A stretch of DNA of 64,000 nt from Eledone cirrhosa. Taxonomy: Eukaryota. Positions within the stretch are counted from its first letter, which is position 1, and every line of letters begins with the position of its first letter. Location: assembly GCA_964016885.1 (NCBI GenBank), contig OZ024741.1, positions 159,650,001 through 159,714,000 on the forward strand. The letters are read 5' to 3'. Positions 1-12,600 of this stretch are shown one piece after another. Position numbers and translations under genes: made by a program. Under the pieces are notes generated by a model. That model was not told the origin of the DNA, did no database searches, and was given only the letters and a program-made list of their open reading frames with translations.

Positions 1-334
1 TATATATGAAGACGGCGTATATATGTGTTGGTATGTATATTTAATCTTGATAATTTGTATAATTTTGTATAATTTTGTACATAGATCTGTTGAATATGCA
101 TACCAATTCTAACACATATATATCCTAGAAACGATCGTTAAATAATGAACTTTTTTTGTTTAATATAAGGAATTGTTTATTCATTATTTGTTTAATATTT
201 TATCTTGACTCTGTATACCGTTTATCTTTCACCGAAAGTGATTTTTCATTACATCTCTTCTTTCCATGATATCCGGAATACATTGAGTTCTTCATACGGA
301 TTGGACACTACCGTAAACTCTTGGTAGATTTATC

Positions 335-423
<89 letters not shown>

Positions 424-510
424 CGAAGGAAATGTGGTAAGGAACCAGGTGGACCATAACGCACCAAAGTACTCAATAGGGTAGTAGAGTGGGTAATAGG
501 AACCAGTAAG

Positions 511-604
511 ACCCCGACGGCTGAGCTCAAGCCGTTTCGACGGCTAATTTTGGACTAAATGAAAATTTATCCTGGTATTTAAATAGCCGAGCTTCTCAAG
601 AGGT
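511..604 (-). ncRNA. Type I hammerhead ribozyme, U3:A8 core variant (family A)
   Basis: Near-exact reverse complement of 1647-1740, differing only inside loop II. Confidence 0.7.
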
Positions 605-1275
605 AATTCCATATATGGTCAAAGTGATTGTCACAAGGATTGGTCACAAGTTAGTAGTAATTCTGTGATGGCAAATTAGTGGGGGAAGGGGTAGCTAAAC
701 CTGCCAGTAGGAGAAAAAAGGGGAGGGGGTGGAGTAGACCCATTCATGCGTTGGTGGTGCCGGCTACAGCTGGGCGTGAGGTCAAAGAAGATACTAGGGA
801 GGGGGAGGGGGAGGAAGTCGAAACGGTAAGTAGAACAATGAAGGGTAAAAATATACTGAGAGTGAAGCGAATAAATGTAAAGAAAAAAAAAATAAAATAA
901 GCAATTTCTACGACCTAAGTCTCTCGCTATTGCTAGGCTAAATAAATAAATAAATAAATAAATGAATAAATAGATAAAGAAATAAAAAAATAATAAATAA
1001 ATAAACTAGGTGGGACGGAATAGGAAAGGACCCTTTTAAGAGGTATAAGTACGTATATCATACAGTGACGGGTCAACAAAGGGGGGCCAAAATACTAAAG
1101 AAACTACCACGAAATAATTAATAAAGGTTTCTACCCAGGGCACAAGGCCAGCAACCACCCAGTGCAGAAAAGTAAACTAGTACGAAATAATAATTCAGAG
1201 TCCCGAAAAAATATACTAATGCTAACTCTAAGGGTACCGCCACGCTACAAAAGTTCTTATACAAGCTACATGAAT

Positions 1276-1306
<31 letters not shown>

Positions 1307-1646
1307 TTTCTTTAGCCTAGCAATAGCGAGAGACTTAGGTCGTAGAAATTGCTTATTTTATTTTTTTTTCTTTACATTTATTCGCTTCACTCTCAGTATA
1401 TTTTTACCCTTCATTGTTCTACTTACCGTTTCGACTTCCCCCCCCTCCCCCTCCCTAGTATCTTCTTTGACCTCACGCCCAGCTATAGCCGGCACCACCA
1501 ACGCATGAATGGGTCTACTCCACCCCCTCCCCTTTTTCTCCTACTGGCAGGTTTAGCTACCCCTTCCCCCACTAATTTGCCATCACAGAATTACTACTAA
1601 CTTGTGACCAATCCTTGTGACAATCACTTTGACCATATATGGAATT

Positions 1647-1740
1647 ACCTCTTGAGAAGCTCGGCTATTTAAATACCAAGATAAATTTTCATTTAGTCCA
1701 GAATTAGCCGTCGAAACGGCTTGAGCTCAGCCGTCGGGGT
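1647..1740 (+). ncRNA. Type I hammerhead ribozyme, U3:A8 core variant (family A)
   Basis: ACCTC-TTGAGAA-GctCGGCTA..loop..TAGCCGtC-GAA-ACGGC-tTGAGCTCA-GCCGT-C-GGGGT. Stem I is ACCTC/GGGGT, extendable by GGAA/TTCC. Stem III is ACGGC/GCCGT with a palindromic loop. Predicted GUC cleavage after 1735. Confidence 0.7.
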
Positions 1741-1750
1741 CTTACTGGTT

Positions 1751-1813
<63 letters not shown>

Positions 1814-1815
<2 letters not shown>

Positions 1816-1938
1816 CGAAGGAAATGTGGTAGGGAACCAGGCGGACCATAACGCACCAAAGTACTCAATACTTAGGGTAGTAGAGTGGGTAATAGGAACG
1901 AGTAGGAGCTCAGCCGTCGGGGTCCTACTCGTTCCTAT
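1814..1938 (-). mobile_element. Mini fold-back copy of family A
   Basis: Same tail as 422-500, plus a 16 bp inverted repeat ATAGGAACGAGTAGGA/TCCTACTCGTTCCTAT; flanked by (TA)n. Confidence 0.75.
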
Positions 1939-2142
1939 ATATATACATATATATATTTATTAATACAATAACAGAGATAGCTTAACACTAAACTCCGACT
2001 GGTAACCATCTCACTCAACAAACATTAGGTTATATGTTAGTATAACCCAATTTAAGTGTTTGGGGTGCTAACTATATGTATTTTGTGGAAAGCCAGTTGT
2101 ATTATTTTATGAGATATAATTAAAGTTAAAATATATCTCTCT

Positions 2143-2267
2143 TTCCAAACAATTGTTTCATTATAAGTTTCCTACAAGCTGGGAGAATGTTTCCAGTTTA
2201 TTTAGAAGCCTAACATATATTCATGTAAGAATATATTTAGGTGGGCACTTATAAATCTTCAGTGGAA
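2143..2267 (-). ncRNA. Type I hammerhead ribozyme with very long loop II
   Basis: Minus strand reads TTCCA-CTGAAGA-tTTATAAGT..(~80 nt)..ACTTATAAt-GAA-ACAATTGT-T-TGGAA: canonical core, palindromic stem III, GUU site. Confidence 0.7.
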
Positions 2268-2454
2268 GCCCATTAAACTTTGAAATAAGAAAAAATTCTT
2301 ACCGCAGTTAAAAATCGTGTCCGCTAAGCTGCTCCTTCACGCATCGAATGACCGCCAAATTTGAAATTCCAGCAGTCTTTTGACTGAGGAAGTTTCATAG
2401 CGTCACGAAGCGGGAAGGGGAGACAACCACGACACGAGAAAAGAAAAAAATAAT

Positions 2455-2945
2455 ATACACTCGGGTTAATTAGTTTTTTCAAAAACATTATCAATCCAAC
2501 GTGTTAAGAACTCAATTGAAATAAAAAAAATAAATGTATGCGTGTATTAATTACACACTCATATAGATATTTTCTTAGGCTAAAAACAGAGGTGATACTA
2601 AAAATAACAAACCACATCACATCACCGCAGCAAATACCGAAGGTTACGCTTTAAAGGCAATTAGGAATGTAAATCTCTGGCCAAATTAAGAGTAAAATAT
2701 TTAACACACGCGGGTTAATTAGTTATTTAAAACTATTATCTATTCCACGTGTTAAGAACTCATTTAATTTAAAAAAATAAATTTATGCATGTAATTATTT
2801 ACACACGCATACATATATATTCCTAGGCTAAAAGCAGAGAAGTGACAACCCCCCCCCCCAAAAAAAAATACAGAAATACACATACAGAAAGTCATGTTTA
2901 TAAGGTACCTGGAAATAAGTACCTCTGGCCAAATCAAGAGTAAGA
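2455..2945. repeat. Diverged ~250 bp tandem duplication
   Basis: CGGGTTAATTAGTT...ACGTGTTAAGAACTCA...TAGGCTAAAA occurs at ~2462 and ~2711; CTCTGGCCAAAT occurs at ~2675 and ~2923. Confidence 0.7.
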
Positions 2946-3058
2946 TAATTATATATATATATATATATATATTCCATATTGTCCGTCAAATCAATTCCAA
3001 CATCTTTACAACATTCGTCTGTCACTTCTCGTCTCCGTCTTTATTCTTTCATATTATT

Positions 3059-3600
3059 CCACCACTACAAGCAACACCACTACCACCAGCAGCACCACAA
3101 CCAATACCAACACCACCATCACAAACACCAACACTACCACAAGCAATACCTACACCACCACCACCACCACCACCACCACCACCACCACCACCACCACCAC
3201 CACCACCACCACCACCACCACCACCAATACCACCAACACCACCATCATCATTATCAACACCACCACAACCAACACCACCAACACCACCATCACCACCAAC
3301 ATCACCACCACCACAAGCCATACCACCACAATCACCACCACCAACATCACCACCACCACCACCATCACAAGCAACACCAAGATCACAACCAACACCACCA
3401 CTACCACCACAAGCAACACCACCGCCACCCCACCCCCATCAGCAACATAACCACTACCAATACCACCACCACAAGCAACACCACCACCACCACCACCACC
3501 ACCACCACCACCACCACCACCACCACCACCACCACCACCACCACAAACGACAGGCAACATCATCACCACCACCACCACCACCGCCAACACTACAAACGCC
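3059..3600. repeat. Imperfect (CCA)n trinucleotide tract
   Basis: Directly visible; opposite strand polarity to the adjacent GGT satellite. Confidence 0.9.
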
Positions 3601-3609
3601 GACAGCAGC

Positions 3610-6600
3610 AGGTGTTGTTGATGGTGGTGTTGGTGGTGTTGGTGGTGTTGGTGTTGTTGGTGGTGTTGTTGGTGTTGGTGGTGTTGGTGGTGTTGGTGGT
3701 GTTGGTGGTGTTGGTGGTGTTGTTGGTGTTGGTGGTGTTGGTGGTGTTGGTGGTGTTGTTGGTGTTGGTGGTGTTGTTAGTGTTGGTGGTGTTGGTGGTG
3801 TTGGTGGTGTTGTTGGTGTTGGTGGTGTTGGTGGTGTTGGTGGTGTTGTTGGTGTTGGTGGTGTTGGTGGTGGTGTTGGTGGTGTTGGTAGTGTTGGTGG
3901 TATTGCTGGTGTTGGTGGTGTTGGTGGTGTTGGTGGTGTTGGTGGTGTTGGTAGTGTTGGTGGTGTTGGTGGTGTTGGTGGTGTTGGTGGTGATGGTGGT
4001 GTCGGTGGTGTTGGTGGTGTTGTTGGTGTTGGTGGTGTTGGTGGTGTTGGTAGTGCTGGTGGTGTTGGTGGTGTTGGTGGTGTTGGTGGTGATGGTGGTG
4101 TTGGTGGTGTTGGTGGTGTTGGTAGTGTTGGTGGTGTTGGTGGTGTTGGTAGTGTTGGTGGTGTTGGTGGTGTTGGTGGTGAGAGTGGTGTTGGTAGTGT
4201 TGGTGGTGATGGTGGTGTTGGTGGTGTTGGTGGTGTTGGTGGTGTTGTTGGTGTTGGTGGTGTTGGTGGTGTTGTTGGTGGTGATGGTGTTGGTGGTGTT
4301 GGTAGTGTTGGTAGTGTTGGTGGTGTTGGTGGTGTTGGTGGTGTTGTTGGTGTTGGTGGTGTTGGTGGTGTTGGTGATGTTGTTGGTGTTGGTGGTGTTG
4401 GTGGTGTTGGTGGTGTTGTTGGTGTTGTTGGTGTTGGTGGTGTTGGTGGTGTTGGTGGTCTTGTTGGTGTTGGTTGTGTTGGTGGTGTTGTTGGTGTTGG
4501 TGTTGTTGGTGGTGTTGGTGGTGTTGGTGGTGTTGGTGGTGTTGGTGGTGTTGTTGGTGTTGGTGGTGTTGGTGGTGTTGGTGGTCTTGTTGGTGTTGGT
4601 GGTGTTGGTGGTGTTGGTGGTGTTGGTGGTGTTGGTGGTGTTGGTGGTGTTGTTGGTGTTGGTGGTGTTGGTGGTGTTGGTGGTGTTGGTGGTGTTGTTG
4701 GTGTTGGTTGTGTTGGTGGTGTTGGTGGTGTTGGTGGTGTTGGTGGTGTTGGTGGTGTTGTTGGTGTTGGTGGTGTTGGTGGTGTTGGTGGTGTTGGTGG
4801 TGATGGTGGTGTTGTTGGTGTTGGTGGTGTTGGTGGTGTTGTTGGTGTTGGTGTTGGTGGTTTTGGTGGTGTTGTTGGTGTTGGTGGTGTTGGTGGTGTT
4901 GGTGGTGTTGGTGGTTTTGTTGGTGTTGGTGATGTTGGTGGTGTTGGTGGTGTTGGTGGTGTTGTTGGTGTTGGTGGTGTTGGTGGTATTGTTGGTGTTG
5001 GTGGTGTTGTTGGTGTTGGTGATGTTGGTGGTGTTGCTGGTGTTGGTGGTGTTGGTGGTGTTGGTGGTGTTGTTGGTGTTGTTGGTGTTGGTGGTGTTGG
5101 TAGTGCTGGTGGTGTTGGTGGTGTTGGTGGTGTTGGTGGTGTTGGTGGTGTTGGTGGTGTTGTTGGTGTTGGTGGTGCTGGTGGTGTTGGTGGTCTTGTT
5201 GGTGTTGGTGGTGTTGGTGGTGTTGGTGGTGTTGGTGTTGTTGGTGGTGTTGGTGGTGTTGGTGGTGTTGGTGGTGTTGGTGGTGTTGGTGGTGTTGGTG
5301 GTGTTGTTGGTGTTGGTGGTGTTGGTGGTGTTGTTGGTGTTGGTGGTGTTGGTGGTGTTGGTAGTGCTGGTGGTGTTGGTGGTGTTGGTGTTGTTGTTGG
5401 TGTTGGTGGTGTTGGTGATGTTGGTGGTGTTGGTAGTGCTGGTGGTGTTGGTGGTGTTGGTGGTGTTGGTGGTGTTGTTGGTGTTGGTGTTGGTGGTGTT
5501 GGTGGTGTTGGTAGTGTTGGTGGTGTTGGTGGTGTTGGTAGTGTTGGTGGTGTTGGTGGTGAGGGTGGTGTTGGTGGTGTTGGTAGTGTTGGTGGTGTTG
5601 GTGGTGTTGGTGGTGCTGGTGGTGTTGGTGGTGTTGGTGGTGTTGGTGGTGATGGTAGTGTTGGTGGTGTTGGTGGTGTTGGTAGTGTTGGTGGTGTTGG
5701 TGGTGTTGGTGGTGTTGGTGGTGTTGGTGGTGTTGGTGGTGTTTGTAGTGTTGGTGGTGTTGTTGGTGTTGGTGGCGTTGGTGGTGTTGGTGTTGTTGGT
5801 GGTGTTGGTCGTGTTGGTGGTGTTGGTGGTGTTGGTGGTGTTGGTGGTGTTAGTGGTGTTGTTGGTGTTGGTGGTGTTGGTGGTGTTGTTGGTGTTGGTG
5901 GTGTTGGTGGTGTTGGTGGTGTTGTTGGTGTTGTTGGTGTTGGTGGTGTTAGTGGTGTTGGTGGTGTTGTTGGTGTTGGTTGTGTTGGTGGTGTTGGTGG
6001 TGTTGGTGGTGTTGTTGGTGTTGGTGGTGATGGTGGTGTTGGTGGTGTTGGTGGTGTTAGTGGTGTTGGTGGTGTTGTTGGTGTTGGTTGTGTTGGTGGT
6101 GTTGGTGGTGTTGGTGGTGTTGTTGGTGTTAGTGGTGTTGGTGGTGTTGGTGGTGTTGGTGGTGTTGGTGGTGTTGTTGGTGTTGGTGGTGTTGGTGGTG
6201 TTGGTGGTGTTGGTGGTGTTGGTGGTGTTGTTGGTGTTGGTGGTGTTGGTGGTGTTGGTGGTGTTGGTGGTGAAGGTGGTGTTGTTGGTGTTGGTGGTGT
6301 TGGTGGTGTTGTTGGTGTTGGTGTTGGTGTTGTTGGTGGTGTTGTTGGTGTTGGTGGTGTTGGTGGTGTTGGTGGTGTTGGTGGTGTTGTTGGTGTTGGT
6401 GATGTTGGTGGTGATGGAGGTGTTGGTGGTGTTGGTGGTGTTGTTGGTGTAGGTGGTGTTGGGTGTTGGTGGTGTTGGTGGTGTTGGTGGTGTTGTTGGT
6501 GTTGGTGGTGTTGGTGGTGTTGGTGGTGTTGGTGGTGATGGTGGTGTTGTTGGTGTTGGTGGTGTTGGTGGTGTTGTTGGTGTTGGTGGTGTTGGTGTGT

Positions 6601-9600
6601 TGGTAGTGCTGGTGGTGTTGGTGGTGTTGGTGTTGTTGGTGGTGATGGTGGTGTTGGTGGTGTTGGTGGTGTTGGTAGTGTTGGTGGTGTTGGTGGTGTT
6701 GGTAGTGTTGGGGGTGTTGGTGGTGTTGGTAGTGTTGGTGGTGTTGGTGGTGTTGGTGGTGTTGGTGGTGTTGTTGGTGTTGGTGGTGTTGGTGGTGTTT
6801 GTAGTGTTGGTGGTGTTGTTGGTGTTGGTGGTGTTGGTGGTGTTGGTGGTGTTGGTGGTGTTTGTAGTGTTGGTGGTGTTGTTGGTGTTGGTGGCGTTGG
6901 TGGTGTTGGTGTTGTTGGTGGTGTTGGTCGTGTTGGTGGTGTTGGTGGTGTTGGTGGTGTTGGTGGTGTTAGTGGTGTTGTTCGTGTTGGTGGTGTTGGT
7001 GGTGTTGTTGGTGTTGGTGGTGTTGGTGGTATTGTTGGTGTTGGTGGTGTTGTTGGTGTTGGTGATGTTGGTGGTGTTGCTGGTGTTGGTGGTGTTGGTG
7101 GTGTTGGTGGTGTTGTTGGTGTTGTTGGTGTTGGTGGTGTTGGTGGTGTTGGTGGTGTTGTTGGTGGTGTTGGTGGTGTTGGTAGTGTTGGTGGTGTTGC
7201 TGGTGTTGGTGGTGTTGGTGGTGTTGTTGGTGTTGGTGGTGTTGGTGGTGTTAGTGGTGTTGTTCGTGTTGGTGGTGTTGGTGGTGTTGTTGGTGTTGGT
7301 GGTGTTGGTGGTATTGTTGGTGTTGGTGGTGTTGTTGGTGTTGGTGATGTTGGTGGTGTTGCTGGTGTTGGTGGTGTTGGTGGTGTTGGTGGTGTTGTTG
7401 GTGTTGTTGGTGTTGGTGGTGTTGGTGGTGTTGGTGGTGTTGTTGGTGGTGTTGGTGGTGTTGGTAGTGTTGGTGGTGTTGCTGGTGTTGGTGGTGTTGG
7501 TGGTGTTGTTGGTGTTGGTGGTGTTGGTGGTGTTGGTGGTGTTGGTGGTGTTGGTGGTGTTGTTGGTGTTGGTGGTGTTGGTGGTGTTGGTGGTGTTGGT
7601 GGTGTTGGTGGTGTTGTTGGTGTTGGTGGTGTTGGTGGTGTTGGTGGTCTTGTTGGTGTTGGTGGTGTTGGTGGTGTTGGTGGTGTTGGTGGTGTTTTTA
7701 GTGTTGGTGGTGTTGTTGGTGTTGGTGGTGTCGGTGGTGTTGGTGGTGTTGGTGGTGTTGGTGGTGTTGGTGGTGTTGGTGGTGTTGTTGGTGTTGGTGG
7801 TGTTGGTGGTGTTGGTGGTGTTGGTGGTGTTAGTGGTGTTGGTGGTGTTGTTGGTGTTGGTGGTGTTGGTGGTATTGTTGGTGTTGGTGGTGTTGTTGGT
7901 GTTGGTGATGTTGGTGGTGTTGCTGGTGTTGGTGGTGTTGGTGGTGTTGGTGGTGTTGTTGGTGTTGTTGGTGTTGGTGGTGTTGGTAGTGCTGGTGGTG
8001 TTGGTGGTGTTGGTGGTGTTGGTGGTGTTGGTGGTGTTGGTGGTGTTGTCGGTGTTGGTGGTGCTGGTGGTGTTGGTGGTCTTGTTGGTGTTGGTGGTGT
8101 TGGTGGTGTTGGTGGTGTTGGTGTTGTTGGTGGTGTTGGTGGTGTTGGTGGTGTTGGTGGTGTTGGTGGTGTTGGTGGTGTTGGTGGTGTTAGTGGTGTT
8201 GGTGGTGTTGTTGGTGTTGGTTGTGTTGGTGGTGTTGGTGGTGTTGGTGGTGTTGTTGGTGTTGGTGGTGATGGTGGTGTTGGTGGTGTTGGTGGTGTTA
8301 GTGGTGTTGGTGGTGTTGTTGGTGTTGGTTGTGTTGGTGGTGTTGGTGGTGTTGGTGGTGTTGTTGGTGTTAGTGGTGTTGGTGGTGTTGGTGGTGTTGG
8401 TGGTGTTGGTGGTGTTGTTGGTGTTGGTGGTGTTGGTGGTGTTGGTGGTGTTGGTGGTGTTGGTGGTGTTGTTGGTGTTGGTGGTGTTGGTGGTGTTGGT
8501 GGTGTTGGTGGTGTTGGTGGTGATGGTGGTGTTGTTGGTGTTGGTGGTGTTGGTGGTGTTGTTGGTGTTGGTGTTGGTGTTGTTGGTGGTGTTGTTGGTG
8601 TTGGTGGTGTTGGTGGTGTTGGTGGTGTTGGTGGTGTTGTTGGTGTTGGTGATGTTGGTGGTGATGGTGGTGTTGGTGGTGTTGGTGGTGTTGTTGGTGT
8701 AGGTGGTGTTGGTGGTGTTGGTGGTGTTGGTGGTGTTGGTGGTGTTGTTGGTGTTGGTGGTGTTGGTGGTGTTGGTGGTGTTGGTGGTGATGGTGGTGTT
8801 GTTGGTGTTGGTGGTGTTGGTGGTGTTGTTGGTGTTGGTGGTGTTGGTGGTGTTGGTAGTGCTGGTGGTGTTGGTGGTGTTGGTGTTGTTGGTGGTGATG
8901 GTGGTGTTGGTGGTGTTGGTGGTGTTGGTAGTGTTGGTGGTGTTGGTGGTGTTGGTAGTGTTGGGGGTGTTGGTGGTGTTGGTAGTGTTGGTGGTGTTGG
9001 TGGTGTTGGTGGTGTTGGTGGTGTTGTTGGTGTTGGTGGTGTTGGTGGTGTTTGTAGTGTTGGTGGTGTTGTTGGTGTTGGTGGTGTTGGTGGTGTTGGT
9101 GGTGTTGGTGGTGTTTGTAGTGTTGGTGGTGTTGTTGGTGTTGGTGGCGTTGGTGGTGTTGGTGTTTTTGGTGGTGTTGGTCGTGTTGGTGGTGTTGGTG
9201 GTGTTGGTGGTGTTGGTGGTGTTAGTGGTGTTGTTCGTGTTGGTGGTGTTGGTGGTGTTGTTGGTGTTGGTGGTGTTGGTGGTATTGTTGGTGTTGGTGG
9301 TGTTGTTGGTGTTGGTGATGTTGGTGGTGTTGCTGGTGTTGGTGGTGTTGGTGGTGTTGGTGGTGTTGTTGGTGTTGTTGGTGTTGGTGGTGTTGGTGGT
9401 GTTGGTGGTGTTGTTGGTGGTGTTGGTGGTGTTGGTAGTGTTGGTGGTGTTGCTGGTGTTGGTGGTGTTGGTGGTGTTGTTGGTGTTGGTGGTGTTGGTG
9501 GTGTTGGTGGTGTTAGTGGTGTTGGTGGTGGTGTTGGTGTTGGTGGTGTTGGTGGTGTTGGTGGTGTTGGTGGTGTTGGTGGTGTTGTTGGTGTTGGTGG

Positions 9601-12600
9601 TGTTGGTGGTGTTGGTGGTCTTGTTGGTGTTGGTGGTGTTGGTGGTGTTGGTGGTGTTGGTGGTGTTGGTGGTGTTTTTAGTGTTGGTGGTGTTGTTGGT
9701 GTTGGTGGTGTCGGTGGTGTTGGTGGTGTTGGTGGTGTTGGTGGTGTTGGTGGTGTTGGTGGTGTTGTTGGTGTTGGTGGTGTTGGTGGTGTTGGTGGTG
9801 TTGGTGGTGTTAGTGGTGTTGGTGGTGTTGTTGGTGTTGGTTGTGTTGGTGGTGTTGGTGGTGTTGTTGGTGTTGGTGGTGTTGGTGGTGTTGGTGGTGT
9901 TGGTGGTGTTGGTGGTGTTGGTGGTGTTGGTGGTGTTGTTGGTGTTGGTGGTGTTGGTGGTGTTGGTGGTTTTGGTGGTGTTGGTGGTGATGGTGGTGTT
10001 GTTGGTGTTGGTGGTGTTGGTGGTGTTGTTGGTGTTGGTGTTGGTGGTGTTGGTGGTGTTGTTGGTGTTGGTGGTGTTGATGGTGTTGGTGGTGTTGTTG
10101 GTGTTGGTGATGTTGGTGGTGTTGGTGGTGTTGGTGGTGTTGGTGGTGTTGTTGGTGTTGGTGGTGTTGGTGGTGTTGGTGGTGTTGGTGGTGTTGGTGG
10201 TGTTGTTGGTGTTGGTGGTGTTGGTGGTGTTGGTGGTGTTGGTGGTGTTGTTGGTGTTGGTGGTGTTGGTGGTGTTGGTGGTGTTGGTGGTGTTGTTGGT
10301 GTTGGTGGTGTTGGTGTTGTTGGTGGTGTTGGTGGTGTTGGTGGTGTTGGTGGTGTTGGTGGTGTTGTTGGTGTTGGTGGTGTTGGTGGTGTTGGTGGTG
10401 TTGGTGGTGTTGGTGGTGATGGTGGTGTTGTTGGTGTTGGTGGTGTTGGTGGTGTTGTTGGTGTTGGTGTTGGTGGTGTTGGTGGTGTTGTTGGTGTTGG
10501 TGGTGTTGGTGGTGTTGGTGGTGTTGTTGGTGTTGGTGGTGTTGGTGGTGTTGGTGGTGTTGGTGGTGTTGGTGGTGATGGTGGTGTTGTTGGTGTTGGT
10601 GGTGTTGGTGGTGTTGTTGGTGTTGGTGGTGTTGGTGGTGTTGGTGGTGTTGGTGGTGTTGGTGGTGTTGTTGGTGTTGGTGGTGTTGGTGGTGTTGGTG
10701 GTGTTGGTAGTGCTGGTGGTGTTGGTGGTGTTGGTGTTGTTGGTGGTGATGGTGGTGTTGGTGGTGTTGGTGGTGTTGGTAGTGTTGTTGGTGTTGGTGG
10801 TGTTGGTGGTGTTGGTGGTGTTGTTGGTGTTGGTGGTGTTGGTGGTGTTGGTGGTGTTGGTGGTGTTGGTGGTGATGGTGGTGTTGTTGGTGTTGGTGGT
10901 GTTGGTGGTGTTGTTGGTGTTGGTGGTGTTGGTGGTGTTGGTGGTGTTGGTGGTGTTGGTGGTGTTGTTGGTGTTGGTGGTGTTGGTGGTGTTGGTGGTG
11001 TTGGTAGTGCTGGTGGTGTTGGTGGTGTTGGTGGTGTTGTTGGTGTAGGTGGTGTTGGTGGTGTTGGTGGTGTTGGTGGTGTTGGTGGTGTTGGTAGTGT
11101 TGGTGGTGTTGGTGGTGTTGGTAGTGTTGGTGGTGTTGGTGGTGTTGGTGGTGAGGGTGGTGTTGGTAGTGTTGGTGGTGATGGTGGTGTTGGTGGTGTT
11201 GGTGGTGTTGGTGGTGTTGTTGGTGTTGGTGGTGTTGGTGGTGTTGTTGGTGGTGATGGTGTTGGTGGTGTTGGTAGTGTTGGTAGTGTTGGTGGTGTTG
11301 GTGGTGTTGGTGGTGTTGTTGGTGTTGGTGGTGTTGGTGGTGTTGGTGATGTTGTTGGTGTTGGTGGTGTTGGTGGTGTTGGTGGTGTTGTTGGTGTTGT
11401 TGGTGTTGGTGGTGTTGGTGGTGTTGGTGGTCTTGTTGGTGTTGGTTGTGTTGGTGGTGTTGTTGGTGTTGGTGTTGTTGGTGGTGTTGGTGGTGTTGGT
11501 GGTTTTGGTGGTGTTGGTGGTGTTGGTGGTGTTGTTGGTGTTGGTGGTGTTGGTGGTGTTGGTGGTCTTGTTGGTGTTGGTGGTGTTGGTGGTGTTGGTG
11601 GTGTTGGTGGTGTTGGTGGTGTTGGTGGTGTTGTTGGTGTTGGTGGTGTTGGTGGTGTTGGTGGTGTTGGTGGTGTTGGTGGTGTTGTTGGTGTTGGTTG
11701 TGTTGGTGATGTTGGTGGTGTTGCTGGTGTTGGTGGTGTTGGTGGTGTTGGTGGTGTTGTTGGTGTTGTTGGTGTTGGTGGTGTTGGTAGTGCTGGTGGT
11801 GTTGGTGGTGTTGGTGGTGTTGGTGGTGTTGGTGGTGTTGGTGGTGTTGTTGGTGTTGGTGGTGCTGGTGGTGTTGGTGGTCTTGTTGGTGTTGGTGGTG
11901 TTGGTGGTGTTGGTGGTGTTGGTGTTGTTGGTGGTGTTGGTGGTGTTGGTGGTGTTGGTGGTGTTGGTGGTGTTGCTGGTGATGGTGGTGTTGTTGGTGT
12001 TGGTGGTGTTGGTGGTGTTGTTGGTGTTGGTGGTGTTGGTGGTGTTGGTAGTGCTGGTGGTGTTGGTGGTGTTGGTGTTGTTTTTGGTGTTGGTGGTGTT
12101 GGTGGTGTTGGTGGTGTTGGTAGTGCTGGTGGTGTTGGTGGTGTTGGTGGTGTTGGTGGTGTTGTTGGTGTTGGTGTTGGTGGTGTTGGTGGTGTTGGTA
12201 GTGTTGGTGGTGTTGGTGGTGTTGGTAGTGTTGGTGGTGTTGGTGGTGAGGGTGGTGTTGGTGGTGTTGGTAGTGTTGGTGGTGTTGGTGGTGTTGGTGG
12301 TGCTGGTGTTGTTGGTGGTGTTGGTGGTGTTGGTGGTGATGGTAGTGTTGGTGGTGTTGGTGGTGTTGGTAGTGTTGGTGGTGTTGGTGGTGTTGGTGGT
12401 GTTGGTGGTGTTGGTGGTGTTGGTGGTGTTTGTAGTGTTGGTGGTGTTGTTGGTGTTGGTGGCGTTGGTGGTGTTGGTGTTGTTGGTGGTGTTGGTCGTG
12501 TTGGTGGTGTTGGTGGTGTTGGTGGTGTTGGTGGTGTTAGTGGTGTTGTTGGTGTTGGTGGTGTTGGTGGTGTTGTTGGTGTTGGTGGTGTTGGTGGTAT

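Larger units (their letters stand above)
422..1755 (-). mobile_element. PLE-type terminal fragment, family A, with ~460 bp inverted arms (about 496-960 and 1275-1755), flanked by (TA)n
   Basis: ATAGGAACCAGTAAGACCCC...GCTAGGCTAAA is mirrored by TTTAGCCTAGC...GGGGTCTTACTGGTTCCTAT. Each arm carries a hammerhead fold. The same terminal sequence recurs at 1814, 38351 and 47094. Confidence 0.75.

Noticed and set aside
496-1755. Interpretation as a MITE or DNA transposon with terminal inverted repeats
   Set aside because: The arms are asymmetric (one has an extra tail), vary in length between copies and contain hammerheads, which fits PLE ends better.
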